From Minisyncoccota bacterium (GTDB lineage: Bacteria > Patescibacteriota > Minisyncoccia > Phycocordibacterales > JABMNX01), in contig OZ244961.1 in assembly GCA_965222715.1 (NCBI GenBank), forward strand, positions 204,609-268,608: DNA of 64,000 nt. Reading direction: 5' to 3'. The notes under the pieces are model-generated. The model was not told the DNA's origin. It did not search any database and saw only the letters and a program-made list of their open reading frames with translations. This document shows positions 9,013-16,547 of the stretch, one piece after another; the stretch's first letter is position 1; each line of letters opens with the position of its first letter. Both the position numbers and the translations under genes were made by a program.

Positions 9013-10062
9013 ATGAAAGACTCTCCACAACACACAGCACTGTATCGAAAGTATCGTCCTTCACAGTTTAAGGATGTGCTTGGACAAGATCATGTAGTCT
9101 CAGTGCTTCATAGTGCAATACAGAAAGGAAATATTGCGCACGCATACCTTTTCTCAGGAACACGTGGAACGGGAAAGACAAGCATTGCTCGTATTGTTGC
9201 AAAAGAAATTGGGTGTACCCAAAATGATCTCTATGAAATAGATGCTGCGTCAAACCGTGGTATTGATGATATTCGTGAACTTCGTGAGTCAGTACACGTA
9301 CTGCCACTTGAGTCTCCCTACAAAGTTTACATCATTGATGAGGTGCACATGCTCACCAAAGAAGCTTTCAATGCACTCTTAAAAACACTTGAAGAGCCGC
9401 CACAACATGTCGTCTTTATTCTTGCGACAACCGAAGAGGGGAAGTTGCCAGAAACGATCGTGTCACGGTGTCAGAGTTTTTCATTTAAAAAACCGTCTCG
9501 TATAGTACTTGGAAAGATGGTAAAAGAGGTGGCGAAGAAAGAGGGGTTCAGTATTGAGTCTGCTTCAGCTGAATTGATTGCAATGCTTGCCGATGGTTCG
9601 TTTCGTGATGCACACGGAATGCTCCAGAAAGTGCTCTCGTCAAGTAAAGATAAAAAAGTGAGTGTTGCTGAGGTTGAGGTGGTTACTGGTGCACCTAAGG
9701 GAAAGCTCGTAAATGATTTTATTGAAGCACTCGATACACGTTCACTTGATAAAGGACTTACGGTAGTACAGACTGTGGTGGCAGACAATATCGATATAAA
9801 AATATTTTTGAAATTGGTACTACATAAGGTGCGGGCGATATTATTATTGCGGTATGCGAAACATATGAAAAAGACTATCGAGGAGCAGTTTTCAGAAGAA
9901 GACAGCGCTTTTCTTTTACAGAGTGCTCAAAACAAAGATTCTTATATTACTGCATCAGTGCTCTACGAACTGCTCGGCGCGTATGACGCAACGGATCGTG
10001 CTTATATTTCACAACTTCCTCTTGAGCTTGCCTTGATACAATTACTTAAAACAGAAGCTTGA
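9013..10062 (+). CDS. dnaX: DNA polymerase III subunit gamma/tau (short form, domains I-III)
   Basis: AAA+ clamp-loader motifs (GTRGTGKTS Walker A, DEVHML Walker B, SRC); ATG at 9013 chosen over upstream alt start. Confidence 0.85.
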   Translation: MKDSPQHTALYRKYRPSQFKDVLGQDHVVSVLHSAIQKGNIAHAYLFSGTRGTGKTSIARIVAKEIGCTQNDLYEIDAASNRGIDDIRELRESVHVLPLESPYKVYIIDEVHMLTKEAFNALLKTLEEPPQHVVFILATTEEGKLPETIVSRCQSFSFKKPSRIVLGKMVKEVAKKEGFSIESASAELIAMLADGSFRDAHGMLQKVLSSSKDKKVSVAEVEVVTGAPKGKLVNDFIEALDTRSLDKGLTVVQTVVADNIDIKIFLKLVLHKVRAILLLRYAKHMKKTIEEQFSEEDSAFLLQSAQNKDSYITASVLYELLGAYDATDRAYISQLPLELALIQLLKTEA

Positions 10063-10142
10063 TTTGAAGTATTGAAAGTCGTATAGTGAAATTGGAAGAT
10101 TTTCTTCCTCATTTTGACATAGAAAACAAGGAGGAATACGCG

Positions 10143-10592
10143 ATGTGTAAAGCATCGATTGTTGCACGGTATACCCGTGACGCACGACTTCACGACAGAC
10201 TTCGTCTGGGAGTCTCTGAACACGCTCTGCCGTTCTTTCACCAAGAGGGAGACTCCGACGGTGTCGTCAGTTGCGTGAAGCATGGTCAGCTGCTCGAGCT
10301 CGGGAACATCCCGCTGGAAGCCCAGCGGCGTCTCGGTATCTCATCGACGGTTCTCGCCGAGTTCGTCGAGGAACCGGACGATGTCTCTGATCAGGTCAAG
10401 CTTCTCGACGGCCGCACGATCGACTTATGGGAACTTTTCCCACCGGATGCCGATCTCGAGCAGTTGCTCGGCAGCATCTCCGAGATCACCGCGGTCGTCG
10501 GCGGCTCCGAAAGTCTTCGCGAACAGGATGACGGTGACGATTCGGCTGATACGCCGCATTCCGTTCGGGACTCGGACCTCATCAGCGCCTGA
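10143..10592 (+). CDS. acidic hypothetical protein (149 aa), GC-rich (~60%)
   Basis: AAGGAGG RBS before ATG 10143; strong GC shift relative to flanks; no homology recognised. Confidence 0.45.
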   Translation: MCKASIVARYTRDARLHDRLRLGVSEHALPFFHQEGDSDGVVSCVKHGQLLELGNIPLEAQRRLGISSTVLAEFVEEPDDVSDQVKLLDGRTIDLWELFPPDADLEQLLGSISEITAVVGGSESLREQDDGDDSADTPHSVRDSDLISA

Positions 10593-10612
10593 TCCGGAAA
10601 CCTGCAGGTACA

Positions 10613-10641
10613 AGACCCGCGCACTAACACTGCGCGGGTCT
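10613..10641 (+). terminator. GC-rich hairpin terminator (AGACCCGCGC...GCGCGGGTCT)
   Basis: 10-bp perfect stem, weak T tract after. Confidence 0.4.
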
Positions 10642-10707
10642 TTCAACTTGTAAAGTGTCTCTAATTAAGGCAAGATAAAGTCCACATTGTTTTATTCTTT
10701 CTAGAGC

Positions 10708-10778
10708 TGCCAGATCGTCTAATGGTAGGACGCCTGGTTTTGGTCCAGGTAATCTAGGTTCGAGTCCTAGTCTGGCAG
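10708..10778 (+). tRNA. tRNA-Gln (anticodon UUG)
   Basis: manual cloverleaf fold: acceptor TGCCAGA/TCTGGCA with U1:A72, anticodon loop TTTTGGT, T-loop TTCGAGT, discriminator G73; CCA not encoded. Confidence 0.85.
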
Positions 10779-10801
10779 CTTTGGACGGAATAATAGTACA
10801 C

Positions 10802-11530
10802 ATGGAATACGCACTTGAGATTACAAACTTTTCAAAAGAGTACAATGGTACCTCAGCAGTTTCTGATATCTCACTCACTATTCCCAAAGGGCAATTCTTC
10901 GGACTCCTTGGTCCCAATGGCGCCGGGAAGACCTCAACAATTCATTCTATTACCGGGATTGCCAAAGTAACCTCAGGCTCGATTAAAGTATTCGGTATTG
11001 ATGTAGTGAGTGACTACCGAGAAGCACGTAAAAAGATTGGACTCTCTCCTCAAGAATTTAATGTCGATATTTTTGCAAAGACGTGGCAAATTATTGATTA
11101 CATGGGTGGCTACTATGGTATGCCACACGATCTACGTGAAAAGCGAGTCCAAGAATTACTTGAGCAGTTTGATTTAGAAAAGCATAAAGATAAGCAGTTT
11201 CAACAACTCTCCGGTGGACTGAAGCGTCGCGTAGTGCTTGCCCGCGCACTGGTGCATGATCCAGAGTTATTAATTCTTGACGAGCCAACTGCTGGAGTTG
11301 ATGTCGAATTACGTCATGATTTATGGCGATATCTTGAGGAGTTTAATAAAGCAGGGAAGACAATCATTCTTACCTCACACTACCTTGAAGAAGTTGAGAG
11401 GTTGTGTGAGCGTATTGCGATTATTAATAATGGGAAAATTGTAGCTGACGGAGAGAAATCAGAATTTTTAAAAAATGGAGAGTCACTTGAGGAGACCTAT
11501 TTAAAAATAACTAAGGGACACGACTGGTAA
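10802..11530 (+). CDS. ABC transporter ATP-binding protein
   Basis: Walker A GPNGAGKTS, signature LSGGLKRR, Walker B LLILDEPT; ATG 10802 preferred over TTG 10781 that abuts the tRNA. Confidence 0.85.
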   Translation: MEYALEITNFSKEYNGTSAVSDISLTIPKGQFFGLLGPNGAGKTSTIHSITGIAKVTSGSIKVFGIDVVSDYREARKKIGLSPQEFNVDIFAKTWQIIDYMGGYYGMPHDLREKRVQELLEQFDLEKHKDKQFQQLSGGLKRRVVLARALVHDPELLILDEPTAGVDVELRHDLWRYLEEFNKAGKTIILTSHYLEEVERLCERIAIINNGKIVADGEKSEFLKNGESLEETYLKITKGHDW

Positions 11531-11531
11531 T

Positions 11532-12302
11532 ATGAGTGGTATGAACTGGATTGGACTATGGACATTTTTACGACGAGAATACGAGCGTATTACGCGTATT
11601 AAAGTGCAAACATTTGGTGCGCCACTTATTTCAGCATTCCTTTTTATTTTTATTTTTGGATTTGTGCTGGGAAGAAAGATTGATTTAATTGCAGGTATTC
11701 CATACATGCAGTTTGTCTTTCCAGGAATTTTGACCATGAGCGTGCTCTCTGCTGCGTTTGAGCACACATCAAGCATTATTTATTTTGGACGATGGCTGCG
11801 CACTATTGATGAAATGTTAGTTTCACCATTTTCATACATTGAAATGGTTATTGGGTTTGTGGGGAGTGCGGTGTTGCGTGCACTTACTATCGGGGCAGGG
11901 GTACTCGTTATTGGACTTTTGTTTGGTGCAGTCCAGGTTTCTAACATTTGGTTATTCCTCCTTGTTGCTGGTGCTGTTGCGGCGATCTTTGCACTAGTGG
12001 GTATTTTAGTGGGACTTTGGGCCAATAGTTTTGAGCAGCTTGGTATATTGAACACCTTTATTATCATGCCTCTCTCAATGCTTGGTGGTATGTTCTACTC
12101 TATCAACCTCCTCCCCGAAACCATTCAAACGATTACTCTTTTTAATCCATTTTTCTACTTCATTGATAGCATGCGGTTTGCAACACTTGGCTACCATGAA
12201 TCAAACCTCCTCATTGCCTCACTGTTAATCGGCGGACTAGTACTCGGCCTTGGCGCATTAGTGGTTTACTTATTCCACAAAGGCTGGCGAATACGCCACT
12301 AG
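11532..12302 (+). CDS. ABC-2 family transporter permease
   Basis: 256 aa, 6 TM, ABC-2 topology; immediately downstream of ATPase. Confidence 0.8.
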   Translation: MSGMNWIGLWTFLRREYERITRIKVQTFGAPLISAFLFIFIFGFVLGRKIDLIAGIPYMQFVFPGILTMSVLSAAFEHTSSIIYFGRWLRTIDEMLVSPFSYIEMVIGFVGSAVLRALTIGAGVLVIGLLFGAVQVSNIWLFLLVAGAVAAIFALVGILVGLWANSFEQLGILNTFIIMPLSMLGGMFYSINLLPETIQTITLFNPFFYFIDSMRFATLGYHESNLLIASLLIGGLVLGLGALVVYLFHKGWRIRH

Positions 12303-12323
12303 GAGGCTCAGAATATACAAAAT

Positions 12324-12349
12324 AAACGCCAAAGGTACCTTTGGCGTTT
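12324..12349. terminator. terminator hairpin, member of repeated family AAACGCCAA-(palindromic loop)-TTGGCGTTT
   Basis: perfect palindrome AAACGCCAAAGGTACCTTTGGCGTTT flanked by A and T tracts. Confidence 0.6.
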
Positions 12350-12511
12350 ATTTATACACAGGTAGAGTTATAGCATTGCTTGTATGTAGTAAATAGGTGG
12401 TATACTTTTCTCGAACGTGATGAGCGTTTCGGTGGAGATAGGTAAGAATCCGCCGGGGAATTAATGAGTTTTCTAGAAGTGTCGCTCGACACCCTAGAAG
12501 GCAAGCTCACA

Positions 12512-12568
12512 ATGGCTAAAGCTAAAAAAGCGAAAGCAGTAGTAAAGGCAGGAAAGAAGAAGAAATAA
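12512..12568 (+). CDS. tiny Lys/Ala-rich ORF MAKAKKAKAVVKAGKKKK (possible leader peptide or micro-protein)
   Basis: ATG with weak GAAGG upstream; preceded by a ~100-nt hairpin-rich leader; followed by a perfect terminator. Confidence 0.2.
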   Translation: MAKAKKAKAVVKAGKKKK

Positions 12569-12584
12569 TCTTTTTCACCTATAC

Positions 12585-12614
12585 AAAAACAGTCCGTACA
12601 TACGGACTGTTTTT
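12585..12614 (+). terminator. intrinsic terminator AAAAACAGTCCGTA-cat-TACGGACTGTTTTT
   Basis: perfect 14-bp stem with A and T flanks. Confidence 0.6.
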
Positions 12615-12649
12615 GTATCAACTATCTCGGTATACTATATATATTACAT

Positions 12650-12820
12650 ATGAATAAGAAAGACACATCAAAAAACATGGGTCTCGGGATTGCACTTGGT
12701 GTAGGTGTAGGGGCTGCGTTAGGTGTTGCTATGAATAACATCGCAGTCGGTATCGGTATTGGTGTTGCGCTCGGAGTTGCATTTGGTGTGTCTTTTTCAC
12801 AACAGCAAAAAAATAAATAA
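12650..12820 (+). CDS. small glycine-zipper membrane protein (56 aa)
   Basis: manual translation MNKKDTSKNMGLGIALGVGVGAALGVAMNNIAVGIGIGVALGVAFGVSFSQQQKNK; GxxxG repeats; directly precedes next ORF. Confidence 0.4.
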   Translation: MNKKDTSKNMGLGIALGVGVGAALGVAMNNIAVGIGIGVALGVAFGVSFSQQQKNK

Positions 12821-12822
12821 TT

Positions 12823-13473
12823 ATGAAACAAGCATTAATTGTAGTTGGTATCATTGTTGTTCTCGGTGTTGGGTGGTACCTTGCGTCACCGCTTTTTATT
12901 AACGAAGAGGTTGATGAAGCGTTTCCTCTTTCAACAATAACTGAGGAAGAACGCAAGGAGATGGAAGATGCAATGAAAGAGGTTGGTATGGAACTCCCGT
13001 CACTTAAAGAGTTACAGGGCATGACGCAAGAAGAACTAGACGCGCTTGAAAAAGAAATGGTTGAGAAAAGTGCTGACATGCCAGACAAAGTAATGAATGA
13101 AGAGAGTGTTGAAGAAAATGAGAGTAGTGGACCAATCGCGCTTCTCACTGGAATGTTTCGCGATGCTGATAGCATCCACAAAGGAGAGGGTGAAGCTACT
13201 GTTTATGATCTTGGGAGTGAGGGGCGAATCGTTCGTTTTGAGAACTTTAATGTTACCAATGGTCCAGATCTTCGAGTGCTTCTTGCAACCCATCCAGATC
13301 CGCAAGGGAGAAGTGATGTTGATCAGGGGTACATTGAACTCGGAAAACTCAAAGGAAATATTGGTAATCAAAACTACACTATTCCATCAGATATTAATCT
13401 TGATGAGTACAACAGCATTGTTATCTACTGTAAGCCATTTCACGTAGTCTTTTCAGTCGCACCACTCCAGTAA
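12823..13473 (+). CDS. membrane-anchored DM13-domain protein
   Basis: N-terminal TM; C-terminal DM13-like segment RFENFNVTNGPDLRVLL...IVIYCKPFHVVF. Confidence 0.5.
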   Translation: MKQALIVVGIIVVLGVGWYLASPLFINEEVDEAFPLSTITEEERKEMEDAMKEVGMELPSLKELQGMTQEELDALEKEMVEKSADMPDKVMNEESVEENESSGPIALLTGMFRDADSIHKGEGEATVYDLGSEGRIVRFENFNVTNGPDLRVLLATHPDPQGRSDVDQGYIELGKLKGNIGNQNYTIPSDINLDEYNSIVIYCKPFHVVFSVAPLQ

Positions 13474-13487
13474 TTCAATAAGTAGAC

Positions 13488-13991
13488 TTGATGGAAACCT
13501 CTAGGGAAACAGAGTATCTTGTAATAGTACCCATTGAGAGTATGCATGTTGGTGATGTGTATCCCAAAGGGGAATTATTACCACTACACTGCACCATCAT
13601 GCCCTGGTTTACTTTAGGTACACATTTAGACTATAACAAGCTTGATGGTATACTCACCAAACTTTCTCAAGAGGTAAAAGGTGGAGTCATTGAACTTGTT
13701 TCCAAGTACAAAGATTTTTTTGGACCAGAAAATGATGTTGAGGTACATGTGTTAGAAAAAAATGATACAGTCACACACCTCCACAACCAACTACTTACAC
13801 TACTACATGAGGCACACGTTACACCTATTTCACCACAGTGGTTAGGCAAGGGTTATCGTCCTCATATTACTGATGTGTCTTCGCAAATGCAGACAGGGGA
13901 TTCAGTGAAAGTTCATAGTCTTTGCATATTAGAACATGCAGGAGATAGGGTGAAACGAGTCCTAAAAGAGTATACATTTGGGTCTAACTAA
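13488..13991 (+). CDS. 2H phosphoesterase superfamily protein (LigT-like 2'-5' RNA ligase/cyclic phosphodiesterase)
   Basis: two H-x-T/S-x motifs (LHCTIMPW and PHITDV) at the characteristic spacing. Confidence 0.55.
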   Translation: MMETSRETEYLVIVPIESMHVGDVYPKGELLPLHCTIMPWFTLGTHLDYNKLDGILTKLSQEVKGGVIELVSKYKDFFGPENDVEVHVLEKNDTVTHLHNQLLTLLHEAHVTPISPQWLGKGYRPHITDVSSQMQTGDSVKVHSLCILEHAGDRVKRVLKEYTFGSN

Positions 13992-14033
13992 GTTACATAT
14001 AACTATTCATTTATACATTTATACCCATTCTAT

Positions 14034-14206
14034 CCACAGGTTTTTGCACATTTTGATTTGCAGGACTTTTTACTAGTGTATAAAATTAAAGGACTGAAGC
14101 GTTGACGGTTTTCCTCTCCGGAGAAAAACCTCGCAGTATGCAAGACGACTGCTTGAACGCTTCGGGCAAGCAAACGCACCGCTCACGCGGTGCGTTTGCG
14201 TTTTTA
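14034..14206 (+). promoter_or_regulatory. structured 5' leader copy A: conserved box CCACAGGTTTTTGCACATTT + P1/P2/P3 multi-stem + GGGCAAGC + terminator hairpin (14171-14198) + T5
   Basis: paralogous copy at 15474-15640 with compensatory changes in every stem. Confidence 0.5.
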
Positions 14207-14228
14207 GTTTTGATACAATAGTTAAAAA

Positions 14229-14534
14229 ATGAAAACGTATACTATTTCTTCTGAGCTATGGGTATATCCAACTGAAAAAGCCGCGTGGCACTTTGTTACT
14301 GTTGGCAAAAGAGAATCTGCCCACATTAAAAAAGATCAGCAGAAAAATCAAAAAGGAGTGCGTCGTGGTTTTGGGTCAATTCCAGTAAAAGTAACTATTG
14401 GCAAAACCACATGGACAACATCTATATTTCCTAACGCAAAAGATGGTACATATCTTCTGCCAGTAAAAAGCTCGGTGAGAAAAGCAGAGGGACTTTTTGA
14501 AGGAGATATGGTACAAGCATCTCTATTAATTTAG
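14229..14534 (+). CDS. DUF1905 domain protein
   Basis: 101 aa; DUF1905 (YdeI-like) pattern. Confidence 0.55.
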   Translation: MKTYTISSELWVYPTEKAAWHFVTVGKRESAHIKKDQQKNQKGVRRGFGSIPVKVTIGKTTWTTSIFPNAKDGTYLLPVKSSVRKAEGLFEGDMVQASLLI

Positions 14535-14594
14535 AAATTTATAATCTAGAGTTTGGTATACTGAAACGGTTGTAATAACTTTATATCTCATTAT

Positions 14595-15359
14595 ATGAAA
14601 CACATTCTTACAGTAGTAATCTTACTCATTATTCTTGTTGGTGGATACTATCTCCTCATGCATGATGCTGAGAAAATAAGTAGAAGCACAAACCCCGTTA
14701 CTGTGACTCCAGTATCACACGCAACCTTCGCACTTTCGTGGGCAGGTGAAACACTGTACGCAGATCCTATTGGTGGGAAAGAGGTATTCAGTGATCTTGC
14801 TGCACCATCTCTTATATTTGTGACTGATGTTCATGGAGACCACTTAAATGTTGAAACACTCGAAGCGGTGGTCACCGAGGATACCACTATCCTTGCGCCG
14901 CAAGCGGTTGTTGATATGTTCACTGAAGGACTGCTTGGAAAGACAGTAGTACTTGCAAACGGAGAGACAACAGAGCAAAAAGGGTTCTCAATTGAAGCTA
15001 TCCCAATGTATAACTTACCAGATCAGGGGGTTGAAATTCGTCATGAAAAAGGGCGAGGAAATGGATACCTTATTGAGCGTGATGGCACTCGTGTCTACAT
15101 TGCTGGGGACACTGCTGATATTCCCGAAATGCGCATGCTTACTGACATTGATATTGCATTTATTCCAATGAATATGCCATACACCATGGATATTGAACGA
15201 GCAGCGAGCGGTGTTCTTGCTTTTAAACCCGCACAAGTCTACCCATATCACTACCGTGGGCCCGACGGACTTGCTGATGTTGATCGATTCAAAGAATTGG
15301 TAGAAGAGGGGGATGAAAACATTGAAGTTATATTAGGAAACTGGTATCCAGCTGAGTAA
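14595..15359 (+). CDS. MBL-fold metallo-hydrolase, membrane-anchored
   Basis: HxHxDH-type motif (VHGDHLN), N-terminal TM. Confidence 0.7.
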   Translation: MKHILTVVILLIILVGGYYLLMHDAEKISRSTNPVTVTPVSHATFALSWAGETLYADPIGGKEVFSDLAAPSLIFVTDVHGDHLNVETLEAVVTEDTTILAPQAVVDMFTEGLLGKTVVLANGETTEQKGFSIEAIPMYNLPDQGVEIRHEKGRGNGYLIERDGTRVYIAGDTADIPEMRMLTDIDIAFIPMNMPYTMDIERAASGVLAFKPAQVYPYHYRGPDGLADVDRFKELVEEGDENIEVILGNWYPAE

Positions 15360-15397
15360 GCATAGGTACTATAACTAAAGCTGCAGAAGCTTGAAAT

Positions 15398-15423
15398 AAA
15401 CGCCAAGAGTACTCTTGGCGTTT
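15398..15423. terminator. terminator hairpin AAACGCCAAGAGTACTCTTGGCGTTT (family copy 2)
   Basis: perfect palindrome with A/T flanks. Confidence 0.6.
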
Positions 15424-15473
15424 ATTTTTGCTTTTTAAAGCCACAATGCGGCTTTTGTTTATACACAAGGTGT

Positions 15474-15640
15474 CCACAGGTTTTTGCACATTTCGAGTTT
15501 GGTAAAAGTAAAACACTTATATATACTTTTATGTACTAAGGCGTTGAGATTGATTTCTTCGGAAACCAATTGACGTAGTGAAAACTACACACATCGCCTT
15601 GGGCAAACCACACGCACCGCTCACGCGGTGCGTGTGTGCG
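15474..15640 (+). promoter_or_regulatory. structured 5' leader copy B (same architecture as 14034-14206; terminal hairpin 15609-15636)
   Basis: shares conserved box CCACAGGTTTTTGCACATTT, P1 AAGGCG/CGCCTT, P2 UUCG-loop hairpin, P3 GTAGT-GAAA-ACTAC, GGGCAAAC, hairpin CACACGCACCGC-TCAC-GCGGTGCGTGTG. Confidence 0.5.
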
Positions 15641-15718
15641 TCTACGCTACTTTAAAAATATACTGTTTATTACTTACTAGTAGTTTTATACTCTTGTGTG
15701 GCATACTTATACATAACT

Positions 15719-16132
15719 ATGCATCATAAAATTGTAGTCGGTATTGTTATTGTAGGAGCAGTTATTGCTATTGACGCATTCTTCTGGGGAGGCATTCCAT
15801 CGGTCTTTGAAAGTGGTAATCGTGCCTCTGCACCATTACCAACAACACCCACAGAAACTGGGGAAGACAATGCTAACCCACGAAATGCAGCACAAACACT
15901 TACAGCGGTGCGCGACTATGTTTCTACACATACTGGAGTAGATGAAAATGAAGTTATTGTACCAAGTCTTTTTGAGAAAGAATGGCCAAATGGTTGTCTT
16001 GGTCTTGAGCAAACTGGAGAGTTTTGTACTCAAGTGATTACACCAGGTTTTGAAGTTACTGCAGAAGTTGGGGGAGAGACTATTGTATATCGCACGAATG
16101 CGGACGGCTCAGTCATTCGAGAAGCGCAATAA
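15719..16132 (+). CDS. membrane-anchored hypothetical protein
   Basis: N-terminal TM, Cys-containing soluble domain; ATG 15719 preferred over GTG 15698. Confidence 0.45.
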   Translation: MHHKIVVGIVIVGAVIAIDAFFWGGIPSVFESGNRASAPLPTTPTETGEDNANPRNAAQTLTAVRDYVSTHTGVDENEVIVPSLFEKEWPNGCLGLEQTGEFCTQVITPGFEVTAEVGGETIVYRTNADGSVIREAQ

Positions 16133-16155
16133 TATAACGTCGCTATATATACTAC

Positions 16156-16545
16156 ATGAAAGGATACATTGTTAATATTGAACAAGATACATTACAAAAC
16201 ACTGACTATCGTCGGGTACTCTACACCGCAAAAAATAGTCAACTTGTGGTTATGTCTATAGAGCCAGGAGACGAGATTGGTGAGGAGGTGCATGAACTTG
16301 ATCAGTTTATTCGTTTGGAGAAGGGGAGTGCAAAGGTCGTCCTTAATAAAGAAAATGAACACACACTCAATGCTGATGAGGCGGTAGTCATACCAGCTGG
16401 TATGTGGCATAACGTTATAAATATAGGGACCGAGCCGCTTAAACTATACTCAATTTACTCACCACCCGAACATAAAGATGGTACAGTACATGCAACTAAG
16501 GCGGATGAGCAAGAAGAACATTTTGATGGAGTAACAACAGAATAG
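16156..16545 (+). CDS. cupin-domain protein
   Basis: cupin-2 motifs G(X)5HxH...GxxxH-like (EEVHELDQ... PAGMWHNVIN). Confidence 0.7.
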   Translation: MKGYIVNIEQDTLQNTDYRRVLYTAKNSQLVVMSIEPGDEIGEEVHELDQFIRLEKGSAKVVLNKENEHTLNADEAVVIPAGMWHNVINIGTEPLKLYSIYSPPEHKDGTVHATKADEQEEHFDGVTTE

Positions 16546-16547
16546 TT

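Noticed and set aside
10781-10801. TTG start for the ABC ATPase abutting the tRNA-Gln 3' end
   Set aside because: It would begin 3 nt after the tRNA. The in-frame ATG at 10802 gives the canonical N-terminus.
12352-13181. Minus-strand ORFs 12352-12621, 12622-12831 and 12729-13181
   Set aside because: Antisense to a well-supported plus-strand small gene and the DM13 gene. Low-complexity compositions and no RBS.
15381-15392. Adjacent PstI and HindIII sites (CTGCAGAAGCTT) suggesting a cloning-vector junction
   Set aside because: No other vector-like sequence is present. Flanking genes and the terminator repeat are continuous with the rest of the genome. Most likely coincidence.
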